From: an uncultured Verrucomicrobiae bacterium
GTDB taxonomy: Bacteria > Verrucomicrobiota > Verrucomicrobiia > Limisphaerales > Palsa-1400
DNA: 64,000 nucleotides
Reading direction: 5' to 3'
Assembly (NCBI GenBank): GCA_963764165.1
Contig: CAVXRD010000001.1
Span: 1,600,001-1,664,000 of the forward strand
In this document: one piece after another, positions 1-8,429 of the stretch
Layout of the letters: each line of letters begins with the position of its first letter
Position numbering within the stretch: the first letter of the stretch is position 1
Notes under the pieces: model-generated
The model's input: only the letters and a program-made list of their open reading frames with translations
Database searches by the model: none
What the model was told of the DNA's origin: nothing
Translations under genes and position numbers: made by a program

Positions 1-1
1 C

Positions 2-658
2 ATCGGCCTCGCCGCAAATGCCACCTTGGACCCGAACGACCCGGCCTACAAATGGACTGATGAAGGTATCGTGGTGCGAACCAAGGAGGGTGATAATTGC
101 AACGCGATCGACCCAACCATTTTTCAAGACACGGACGGAAGCTTGTGGCTGACGTTTGGATCCTATTGGAGCGGCATTAAATTGATTCAGCTCGATCCCA
201 AAACCGGCAAGCGCATCGCGCCGGATTCGGCGATGTATCCGCTGGCTTACAATGAATCCATCGAGGCGTCCTATCTTTGCAAGAACGACGGCTGGTATTA
301 TCTTTTTGTGAACTGGGGTTCGTGCTGCCAGGGGCCAAAAAGCACTTACAACATCCGCGTCGGACGAAGCAAAACGATCACCGGGCCTTATCTTGACAAA
401 GCCGGTGCGGACATGCTGCACAGCGGCGGCAGTGTGTTTCTCCCAAATGCCAACGGCCCCTTGATCGGGCCGGGACATGCGGGAATGCTGAATGCCGATG
501 GCAAGACTTGGTTCACGTCGGATTTCGAAGGCGACATTCGAATGAATGGAAAGGCAACCCTGGCCATCATGCCCCTGCGCTGGAACACGGACGGCTGGCC
601 GGAGGCGACGGTGAATGATGTCAAACCGGCGGCCTCCGCGGACCCGACGCCGAAGTAA
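2..658 (+). CDS. GH43 glycoside hydrolase (arabinan endo-1,5-alpha-L-arabinosidase-like), 5'-partial
   Basis: Frame is open from the window edge. Motifs NAIDP, FGSYWSGI, IEAS, NWGSCC, Y.IRVGRS..ITGPY.D and GPGH are typical of GH43 arabinanases. Confidence 0.85.
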   Translation: MGLAANATLDPNDPAYKWTDEGIVVRTKEGDNCNAIDPTIFQDTDGSLWLTFGSYWSGIKLIQLDPKTGKRIAPDSAMYPLAYNESIEASYLCKNDGWYYLFVNWGSCCQGPKSTYNIRVGRSKTITGPYLDKAGADMLHSGGSVFLPNANGPLIGPGHAGMLNADGKTWFTSDFEGDIRMNGKATLAIMPLRWNTDGWPEATVNDVKPAASADPTPK

Positions 659-722
659 AACGCATGCCTTAACTTATCATCGCGGCGCCCGTTGGCTCGC
701 AGACAACAGCCGCGATGGGCTT

Positions 723-1565
723 TCAATGGGAGTTTACGGCAAATACGTCGTTCTTGTCCGCCCGCAAGTCGGACCATCGCCAGCGTTCCACATGGCCATC
801 GCAAAAGGAGAAGACGGCGCCCTTATCATGGCGGCAGGCTGGCTGCTTGTAAGGTGAAAGCGCAAAGCCAATGCTGGGGACGGGTTGTTTGGTGGTGATT
901 TCCGTGTAATAGCCGGCGGACGGCAATGCGTCAACGCTCTCGCCGCTTTTCGGAACGCCCACGTCTCCCATCAACCAGATTTGGCTCGGACGCAGCAGTT
1001 GGGTCAGCTTGAGGCTGCCGAGGGCGGACCCATCGGTGTTCAATCCATAACGAATGATGCCCTCCGTGTAGTCGTCGCCCTCCACCGGGCCATAGCCGCC
1101 GACTTGAATGCCGCCATAATAGTTGTCCACGCTGGCTTCGATGTCAGCGTTCAGCACCGCTGGACAGCGCCAGATGTTGTTGGATTCCGAAACGGCGGTC
1201 ATATAGTGGCCGCTGCTAAGAATGTTGAACCACCAATTTGGTGTCACGCCGGTGGCAAAGTTGCCCGTGTTCAAGGACGGCAAGTATTGTTGATTGTCGT
1301 CGGCATACATGATGAAGGCCGTGGCGATTTGCTTGCTGTTGCTGGAGCAATCGGACGTCACAGCCTGGAGTTTGGCCTTGGACAGCGCGGGCAGCAGCAA
1401 CGCCGCCAGAATGGCAATGATGGCGATGACGACCAGCAATTCAATCAAGGTAAAACCCTGAGTGACGGCGCAACAGTTAGCTCTGCTCTTCAGTTGAGCC
1501 CGCACAACCCGTGCAGGCTCAACTGGATCTATGGAGTCATGATTCCAATTCGCGGTTGAACTCAT
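723..1565 (-). CDS. Prepilin-type N-terminal cleavage/methylation protein with C-terminal H-X9-DG motif (DUF1559-like)
   Basis: [29 protein letters not shown] near the N-terminus; [16 protein letters not shown] near the C-terminus. The ATG at 1565 overlaps the upstream stop (ATGA). Confidence 0.9.
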   Translation of the reverse strand: MSSTANWNHDSIDPVEPARVVRAQLKSRANCCAVTQGFTLIELLVVIAIIAILAALLLPALSKAKLQAVTSDCSSNSKQIATAFIMYADDNQQYLPSLNTGNFATGVTPNWWFNILSSGHYMTAVSESNNIWRCPAVLNADIEASVDNYYGGIQVGGYGPVEGDDYTEGIIRYGLNTDGSALGSLKLTQLLRPSQIWLMGDVGVPKSGESVDALPSAGYYTEITTKQPVPSIGFALSPYKQPACRHDKGAVFSFCDGHVERWRWSDLRADKNDVFAVNSH

Positions 1566-3766
1566 TGAACAGACAACCGGTAAAACCGACTCCCGGCGCC
1601 TTTGGTGTCCGTGACTGTGACTGTCGCGGCCGTCCCATTGACGGTTTGCAAGGTCTGCCATGCGCCGTTCGACAAGTTGCTTGTATACTGCACGGTATAT
1701 TTCAAGCCGGTTTCCGTGGGGAAGCTCAGGCTAACAGTGCTGCCAGTCACGCTGGCGGTCATTGACGGCGGATTGATGGATGCCAGAGCCTTCCCCAAGG
1801 CCGCCACGTTCGTCGGATTGGCCACCGGGCCTACCGTCTTGAAACCATATTCGATGTGGTCTCCCGCTGTCGTTGCAAGGGTAATGCTGAAGGGCTGTCC
1901 AGAAACCAAGGGGGCGTTGGCAGCGGTGAAAGAACTGTAGTTCGGAGCAAAATCCTCAATGAATACCGTCTCGGTGTAGTTGGTTGCCAGCGTGTTGCTG
2001 GGGCAATAACCAACGAAGGTCAGCGTCTGCCCCGCCAACGCGTCGTCTTGCACATAGAAGTCGGCTTCCACAATGGCGGCGGGCGAGCCATCCGGATTCA
2101 CGAACTCGGCATTATTCGTAATATAATCGCTGGTGTTGGGAGACAGCGTCACCACTGCGCCATTGAACATCGCGGGAAGGTGCGCTGGAGGCTCCACGTT
2201 TTGACCCACCAAAGCGCCCTCCATGCCGCCATTATCATAAAAATAATTTTCGTAACCGACCCAAGGCGCATTCGGATCAACGGTCAAATGAGCCGGGTTC
2301 AGAACAGTGAGGTACGTAGAGGCGCTGTTTGTGCTGGCGCTGCTGGTGGCCACGACGGTGTATGTCCCTTCAGCACTAGCTGCCACATTGTTCAGGGTCA
2401 GAGAGGCAGTAGTGGCGCCCGACACGTTTGCGCTGTTGGTCAAATTCACGCCATTTTCCTGCCATTGATAATTCAAACCGCTGCCGGTGGCGGTGACCGT
2501 AAATGTCTGGCTGCCGCCCACCAGGACAACCGGGTTGGCGGGGAGCACCACGAGATTGGTGGTCGAGGGCACGGCGATCACTACATCGCCCAGGCTGGCG
2601 ACCGTGGCGGGGTTCGCATCCGGCCCGATCACCTCAAATCCGTACTGCACGATTTCGCCTGGGTTGTTGCCAGTCAATGGATAGGTCACAGTGTTCGTGC
2701 CAGGAGTCAAATTCACGGTCTGTTCTCCATTAAACGAGTAGCCAGGGCCGAAATCTTTGATCCATGCATCAGCGGTGTAAGGAGGAACCAGCGTATTTGT
2801 CAGCACGACAAAAGTAAAGGTGATCGTGCTGTTGGCATCCGCTCCGTTGGGCACCTGAGCGTAGAATGACGCGTCCATGATGTTCGCTCCACTGCCATCG
2901 GCGTTGACCCAGTAATCGTTCCCGGCGGCGTAGGTATTGGTGTTCGGGCTAAGCGTCAACGTGGTGCTGGTCAGGGTTTCCGGCAAATCAGCGATTCCCC
3001 AGACTTGGCCGCCCGGATTGCTGCCTCCGTATCCCGGGGCATCACTCGGATTGGCAGTCCAGCTCATATAGCCATTCACGAACGTGATGGGGCTTACTGT
3101 AACGTTGGTCACCAGCGGCGCGTCGATGACTGCCGAACCCAAGCTGGCGACGGTCGCCGGATTGGCGTCTGGCCCGATGGTTTCGAAGCCGTATTGAATA
3201 TGATCCCCTGGCTGGGTCGTAAGATTGATTGAAAAGGGACCGGGACCTATCGGCTCCGTCGAGGAGTTGACGAGCGCATAACTGGAATTGAAGTCCTTGA
3301 TAAAAGCCGTGCAAGTATAGGCGCCGTCCAGAGTGTAGGCCAGCCCTTCGCCCGAGAAAACCACGTTCGTGCCCGCAAGAGCGTCATTTTGAACGTACAT
3401 GCTGGCATCCATGGTCTTGTTGGGGGTGACTCCGTCAGCCTGAACCCAGTAGGTGTCGTTGGTTTCCCAGACGTTGGTGCATGGAAGGAGCGTCAGGGTC
3501 TGGTTGGAAAAAACTGCGGTTAATGCGCCAGTGGCCCACGGGCTTCCAAACTGATACCCTCCTCCGTCGGAAGGCAGCGCGAACACGTTCATATAGCCAA
3601 TCCATGGTTGTGTTGAATCCACATACACATTCACCTGCGCGCTGGCCGAATGGGACAAAACAAACGCCAGACCGGACACGACGGCCGTTCGTCCGATAAT
3701 CTTGAACCAATTTATGCTCGTTGAAATCGAACGGGCAACACAAGGACAAGAGATGGAGATTTTCAT
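1562..3766 (-). CDS. Secreted protein with three ~175-aa repeats, an Ig-like domain and a C-terminal FYR domain
   Basis: Signal-peptide-like ...SHSASA-Q. Three repeats end in YGF..(I/V)GP.ANP..VA.LG. Ig motif [14 protein letters not shown]...GTYTVV. C-terminus ...SRFYRLSVQ. Confidence 0.8.
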   Translation of the reverse strand: MKISISCPCVARSISTSINWFKIIGRTAVVSGLAFVLSHSASAQVNVYVDSTQPWIGYMNVFALPSDGGGYQFGSPWATGALTAVFSNQTLTLLPCTNVWETNDTYWVQADGVTPNKTMDASMYVQNDALAGTNVVFSGEGLAYTLDGAYTCTAFIKDFNSSYALVNSSTEPIGPGPFSINLTTQPGDHIQYGFETIGPDANPATVASLGSAVIDAPLVTNVTVSPITFVNGYMSWTANPSDAPGYGGSNPGGQVWGIADLPETLTSTTLTLSPNTNTYAAGNDYWVNADGSGANIMDASFYAQVPNGADANSTITFTFVVLTNTLVPPYTADAWIKDFGPGYSFNGEQTVNLTPGTNTVTYPLTGNNPGEIVQYGFEVIGPDANPATVASLGDVVIAVPSTTNLVVLPANPVVLVGGSQTFTVTATGSGLNYQWQENGVNLTNSANVSGATTASLTLNNVAASAEGTYTVVATSSASTNSASTYLTVLNPAHLTVDPNAPWVGYENYFYDNGGMEGALVGQNVEPPAHLPAMFNGAVVTLSPNTSDYITNNAEFVNPDGSPAAIVEADFYVQDDALAGQTLTFVGYCPSNTLATNYTETVFIEDFAPNYSSFTAANAPLVSGQPFSITLATTAGDHIEYGFKTVGPVANPTNVAALGKALASINPPSMTASVTGSTVSLSFPTETGLKYTVQYTSNLSNGAWQTLQTVNGTAATVTVTDTKGAGSRFYRLSVQ

Positions 3767-4006
3767 ATTTCTAATATATTAATTTGAATTGTTCAGTTGC
3801 GCTGAGGGCAAGAATTCCTCGAAGCCCGCTGAGGACACGCCTTCCGTGGACGATTGAGTCGGCGCAAATCATGTATTTGGAGGCGATTATATGGAATCCG
3901 CCAAAAACCCCATCCCTCTTTCGAGGGATACGATGGGAGGCGCTGGCAACAGCTTGGATTCAGGACTCCTGAAAATCGGCGAACCGGCGTCCAAGCAGGT
4001 AAACGC

Positions 4007-4107
4007 ATATAATCTCTAAAAACCCGCTACACCCGCTACATCGTTGAGCATCAACCAGATAACCCGCTACAAATACAGCTACAAGGCCGCTACAAACCCG
4101 CTACATT
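4007..4107. repeat. ~100-bp phased GCTACA element, copy A
   Basis: Six GCTACA-type motifs around the palindrome GTTGA-GCA-TCAAC. Aligns over its full length with 15300-15400. Confidence 0.85.
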
Positions 4108-4136
4108 CTTCCGAAAAATGGTTTCTAAAGGGTCTT

Positions 4137-4263
4137 TACAGAAGGCAACGAAGTTCACGAAGGGGGAAAAGACCGTCTGTCCCATGCATCTCTCCTCCCT
4201 TCATTTCCTTTGCGTGCTTCTGGATATGGCTTTATGTCCCTCTGCGCACTCATCTTCTCTGCG
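4137..4263. repeat. Short 8-9-nt-periodic intergenic repeat arms
   Basis: Imperfect pair ACAGAAGGCAACGAAGTTCACGAAG...CTTCATTTCCTTTGCGTGCTTCTG. The arm at 4239-4263 matches the reverse complement of 32451-32475 at 25/25 bases. Confidence 0.65.
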
Positions 4264-4518
4264 CGAACGATTTCCTCGGGGATTCTTGTCGCAATAACCA
4301 AGGGTGCAATAGGGTGCAATTACGCGCAACGCCCCGATCCGTTTTTATTTAACCGTGTCTAAAAAATACAAGGTCGTCTGGGGCGGGAATCCGCAAAAGA
4401 TCAAAGAACACGCCCCGATGGCGAGAGGGAGAAACATAAAGCCCGAAGCCCGGATTGTCAATTAATATTGCAATTACACGCTTATGTGGTATAAGGACTC
4501 GGCGCAATAACCAAAGGT

Positions 4519-4690
4519 TTATGCGGGCGCCGCGTCGCGCATCGCCCGGGTGGCCGCAGGCGGAAGCGGTTTGCCCGCCTGGCGAAGTTGATCCACCTCC
4601 TCGGCAATCACGGCACAGAGGTGGAGATAGGCTTCCTGCTCCGTCGCGCCGTGACAGACGCCACGCCAAGGGAAGAGATCAGGATATTCG
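4519..4690 (-). pseudogene. hicB: 5'-truncated HicB-family antitoxin remnant
   Basis: YPDLFPWRGVCHGATEQEA...GKPLPP resembles HicB. No plausible N-terminus and no hicA partner nearby. Confidence 0.6.
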
Positions 4691-4753
4691 TTCGTTCCAT
4701 TATGGCATTTGCTTGATTGTGTCCTGCCGAGCGATTCGTTATCGTGCGTGGCA

Positions 4754-5971
4754 ATGACCCCTACCAATAATCGCGGCTGGCTCGTTGCCTTCTCCGGCCT
4801 CGGGATCAATCTTGCCCTCGGTGTCCTTTACACATGGAGCATGTTCAAAACGGCCATTGAAAAGGAATTCGGCTGGGAAGGGAGCAAACTCAATGATCCC
4901 TACGCGCTTTGCTGCCTGGTCTTTTCCTTTACGATGATCGTTGCAGGCCGATGCCAGGATAAATTCGGGCCGCGGGTGACTGCCACTGCCGGCGGATTGC
5001 TCCTCGGCGCTGGAATGGTTTTGATCTCGACGACAAGCAATTACGCGTCGTGGTTATTGGGCTTCGGCGTGCTGGTCGGTTTGGGGATCGGTTTCGCCTA
5101 CTCCTCCGCCACGCCGCCCGCATTGAAATGGTTTCCGCCCGCGCGGACAGGACTCGTGGCCGGACTCGTGGTGGCGGGCTTTGGGCTGGCGCCTGTTTAT
5201 CTGGCGCCAGCTTCTCAATTTGCCCTTGCTCATTTTGGGTTGAAAAAGTCCATGCTCGTATTCGGGATGGCTTTCACGGCCGCCGTTTGCGGGCTGGCGC
5301 AAATGTTGAGAAATCCGCCCGCGGGATTCGTGGCCGCTCCAGAAATGTCCGCCACCGTCGCCAAGCCCTCCGCCAATAATTTTGTCGCCAGCCAGATTCT
5401 GCGCACCGGAACGTTCTATGTATTATGGCTGATCTACGCGATTGGCGCCGGGGCCGGACTGATGGTCATCGGCAGCGTCAGTGGAATGGCGAAGAAAAGC
5501 ATGGGCGAAAATGCCTTTATCGCGGTGGCGGTGATGGCCGTCGGCAATGCTGGTGGCCGTCTCGGCGCCGGGCTGTTGTCCGACAAAATCGGGCGACGCT
5601 GGACGCTGCTGCTGGTGCTGCTGTTTCAGGCCGGCCTCATGTTCGCCGCCGTCCCCGTGACCTCCCATAAGGATTCTTTGCCCGTCGTCGTAGTGCTCCT
5701 GGCCACATTCATCGGCTTCAATTACGGCGCAAACCTCGCGTTGTTCCCATCCTTTGCCAAAGACTTGTGGGGCTTGAAGAATTTTGGGACCAACTACGGC
5801 GTCCTCTTTACCGCGTGGGGAATTGGAGGGCTGATCTTCCCCAAGGTGCAGCAGATGCTCACCACGAACAGCGGTGGAAGTTTTCAGTCATCGTTTATTT
5901 GCGCCGGAGCGCTTCTCATCGGAGGCGCCATGCTGACATTCCTGATCCGGCCCGCGCCGCCGCCGCGATAG
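4754..5971 (+). CDS. OFA-family (oxalate/formate antiporter-like) MFS transporter
   Basis: About 12 hydrophobic segments. Motifs GRCQDKFGPR, KWFP..GL..GLVVAGFG, GLLSDKIGRR, NFGTNYG.LFTAWG. Confidence 0.85.
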   Translation: MTPTNNRGWLVAFSGLGINLALGVLYTWSMFKTAIEKEFGWEGSKLNDPYALCCLVFSFTMIVAGRCQDKFGPRVTATAGGLLLGAGMVLISTTSNYASWLLGFGVLVGLGIGFAYSSATPPALKWFPPARTGLVAGLVVAGFGLAPVYLAPASQFALAHFGLKKSMLVFGMAFTAAVCGLAQMLRNPPAGFVAAPEMSATVAKPSANNFVASQILRTGTFYVLWLIYAIGAGAGLMVIGSVSGMAKKSMGENAFIAVAVMAVGNAGGRLGAGLLSDKIGRRWTLLLVLLFQAGLMFAAVPVTSHKDSLPVVVVLLATFIGFNYGANLALFPSFAKDLWGLKNFGTNYGVLFTAWGIGGLIFPKVQQMLTTNSGGSFQSSFICAGALLIGGAMLTFLIRPAPPPR

Positions 5972-5978
5972 CGCCGAA

Positions 5979-7046
5979 TCAAACTTCCACCTGGTAAAAC
6001 TGAACGCGGCCCCAGGGCGGCCATTTGCCATCTTTGCGTGGCGGCTGTCCGATCGCACCGGAGAAAATGAGCCAATTGCCATCCGCGGTGAACCGGGCGT
6101 GAGTGATGCGCCACTTGGTGTCAACAGACGCCACAAGGTTTCCATCTGTAGAATCAAAGATGGCCGCGTTCCAAGTGCCTTGCGCCTGCCTGCCCGCCAT
6201 GACGAAGTGCTTGTGGTTGGGGTGCCACGCGATTGTTTCCATCAGGCCGGAGCCTTGCTGGGCTTCCTTGATCTGGTCCAGTTTCGTGCCTTTGCGCCAA
6301 TCCCACCGTTGCCAGGTCATTTTTCCATTGCCAGCCATGGGATCGATCATCGGCCCCATGCCGCAGCCAAGAAGTGAGTTTCCGTCGGGCGCAAACGCGA
6401 GGCCGTAAATGCCGCCGGAATAATGATGCGATTTAATCGTGCCCCACGAGGTAAAATCCGGAGATGTCCATTTTGCCACCGGCGGAGAATCCGGCTTGGC
6501 CCGCAAATCCCATACCCGAATTTCTCCCATCATATTCCCTGCGGCAAGATACCGCCCGCCCGGGCTGAAGGCGCAGCTCAACACCGGCGGTGTATGCGAA
6601 AAAGCCCCAATGCGCATTCCTGTCGCCGTGTCAAATACTTTTACCGATGGCTCTGTTTCAGGAGCGGGCTCATATTTCCAGCCGCCGGCAATATATTGCC
6701 CTGTGGTTGCCGCCAACCGCTTCCCATCCGGCGACAACGCAAGCTGCCAGTTCCAAAACTTGTGCGCCTTGACGCGGCGATGGCTCCGGCCGGAATTGGC
6801 ATCATGCCAGAGCAGCCTTCCATCGTAGCCGCCCGAGATGACAGTCTTGCCGCCCGGCAATAAGACGCACGAACTGGCGGACGAAGCATGCTTCTTTGAA
6901 AATATTTTCGATTCGCCGGTGTCGAGATCCAAAGAATGAACTGACCCATCTGAACACGCGGCGAAGGCCGCGCTCCCTTCCGGGTCGGTGGCAAAGCCCA
7001 GCACGCCGGTCGGCAATTTTATATCCAGATCAGGTGTGAGCTTCAT
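5979..7046 (-). CDS. WD40/beta-propeller protein
   Basis: Repeated SPDG/SPGG, ISGGYDG.L.WH and IRVWD motifs. Start taken at MKLTPDL. Confidence 0.8.
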   Translation of the reverse strand: MKLTPDLDIKLPTGVLGFATDPEGSAAFAACSDGSVHSLDLDTGESKIFSKKHASSASSCVLLPGGKTVISGGYDGRLLWHDANSGRSHRRVKAHKFWNWQLALSPDGKRLAATTGQYIAGGWKYEPAPETEPSVKVFDTATGMRIGAFSHTPPVLSCAFSPGGRYLAAGNMMGEIRVWDLRAKPDSPPVAKWTSPDFTSWGTIKSHHYSGGIYGLAFAPDGNSLLGCGMGPMIDPMAGNGKMTWQRWDWRKGTKLDQIKEAQQGSGLMETIAWHPNHKHFVMAGRQAQGTWNAAIFDSTDGNLVASVDTKWRITHARFTADGNWLIFSGAIGQPPRKDGKWPPWGRVQFYQVEV

Positions 7047-7050
7047 GGTA

Positions 7051-8427
7051 TCAGGCCAGCAATTCCCGAATCGGCGGCGCTTGATTTTCCACCCGGTGGA
7101 ACGTCGGCAGGCCGGGCAGGTCATATTCGGCGTATGGATCGATTCCCAGGGCAGTGAAAATCGTGGCGAACAAATTTTGCTCGTCGTAAGCCTTCTCCAC
7201 CACCTCCACCCCGTCCTCGTCGGTCGCGCCTGTGACGACGCCGCGCTTGAGCCCGCATCCAGTCATCATCAAGCTCCAGGCATTCGGGTAATGGTCGCGT
7301 CCGCGCGCGGCGTTCAACCACGGCGTGCGCCCAAACTCGCCCATGGCAATGACCAGCGTGCTGTCAAGCAAACCGCGATGTTCAAGGTCATTGACCAAAT
7401 GAAAAATGACGCGGTCCAATTCCGGCACCAGCATTTGATGGATCTCGTGCTGGAAGACATGGTTGTCCCAATTCATTCCGTTGGCCACCATGACAAAAGG
7501 CGCGCCGTGGGAGACCAGGTTCAGGGCCATGAGCGAATGCTGGGCAAAACTTCCCGCTCCATACCGTTCGCGGTCCTTGGCGGGCAGTTTCTTCAAATCA
7601 AAAAGATCCGCGCTGGCGGTCATTCCTTTCAGGCGGTCAAACGCCGCATTCTGAGTGTGCGCCACCGCGCTCTTCCGATCTCGCTCGTATTTCGAAGTCA
7701 GGAAGCGGCGCAATGTTTCGCGGGATTCCTGGTCGTGCCGCGGAATGCCTTCCAAAGCGGCGTCGACGAATTGAGTATAATCGCCGCCCAGGCGGACGGG
7801 CGCATGCTCGGCGCCAAGCCAGCCCGGCCAATTTCCAGCCTTGAACATTTCGAATTCGTTGCCGCCGGGAATTGGGTCAAGAAGAATGAAGTTGGGAATC
7901 GCCGCATCCAATTGGCCCAATGCCTGCGAGCAGGCGCTTCCCAAAGTCGGCCGCGTAAAGCCCGCGCGTTCCGGATTTCCGCGCTGGAGCAGATTGATGG
8001 CCTGCAAATGCTCCGATTGCGCCGTCTTCATGCTGCGCACAATATTCAGCTTGTTGGCAATGCTCGCGCAGCGCGGCATAAGCGACGAAAAATGCACACC
8101 GGGAATTTTTGTCCGAATGCTTCCGAACGGACCGCCACTGGGACGGCCCGGCTTGGGATCCCACGTTTCAAACTGGCTCGGCGCGCCGCAAAGCCAGAGG
8201 AGAATGCAATGTTTCCCGGCCTTTTTCGTTTGCGCCGCAAACAGCGGATTCTGAAACAGTCCAGTGAAACTTGCGATGCTGGCCAGCGCGCCGCCCGCCA
8301 GTCCTTTGATAAAAAGCCGCCGGTGCAGCCGATGCTCATCCACGCGGCACGAGCCTGGCGCGCAACTTTCTCCAGCGCCGCTTCCCGCGTTGCACCGGTC
8401 GGATGTATCTGGTGAAACGGGATTCAT
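7051..8427 (-). CDS. DUF1501 domain protein (Tat-exported)
   Basis: RRLFIK twin-arginine motif; ILLWL.GAPSQFETWDPKP, WDNH, GEFGRTP, GRDH. Confidence 0.9.
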   Translation of the reverse strand: MNPVSPDTSDRCNAGSGAGESCAPGSCRVDEHRLHRRLFIKGLAGGALASIASFTGLFQNPLFAAQTKKAGKHCILLWLCGAPSQFETWDPKPGRPSGGPFGSIRTKIPGVHFSSLMPRCASIANKLNIVRSMKTAQSEHLQAINLLQRGNPERAGFTRPTLGSACSQALGQLDAAIPNFILLDPIPGGNEFEMFKAGNWPGWLGAEHAPVRLGGDYTQFVDAALEGIPRHDQESRETLRRFLTSKYERDRKSAVAHTQNAAFDRLKGMTASADLFDLKKLPAKDRERYGAGSFAQHSLMALNLVSHGAPFVMVANGMNWDNHVFQHEIHQMLVPELDRVIFHLVNDLEHRGLLDSTLVIAMGEFGRTPWLNAARGRDHYPNAWSLMMTGCGLKRGVVTGATDEDGVEVVEKAYDEQNLFATIFTALGIDPYAEYDLPGLPTFHRVENQAPPIRELLA

Positions 8428-8429
8428 GA

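Noticed and set aside
3905..3940. Hairpin ATCCCTC-GAAA-GAGGGAT (minus strand) upstream of the secreted protein as a c-di-GMP riboswitch
   Set aside because: Only a GNRA-capped stem is visible; I could not find the other conserved riboswitch elements. An Rfam scan would settle it.
4007..4107. GCTACA repeats as a CRISPR array
   Set aside because: Units are 6-9 nt with linkers of at most a few nt, far from repeat-spacer dimensions, and there are no cas genes in the window.
6988..8415. Long opposite-strand ORFs (e.g. 6988-8415, 11208-12653, 21715-23331, 35850-37100, 58869-60488)
   Set aside because: They are antisense shadows of well-supported genes, common in GC-rich DNA, and show no recognisable motifs.
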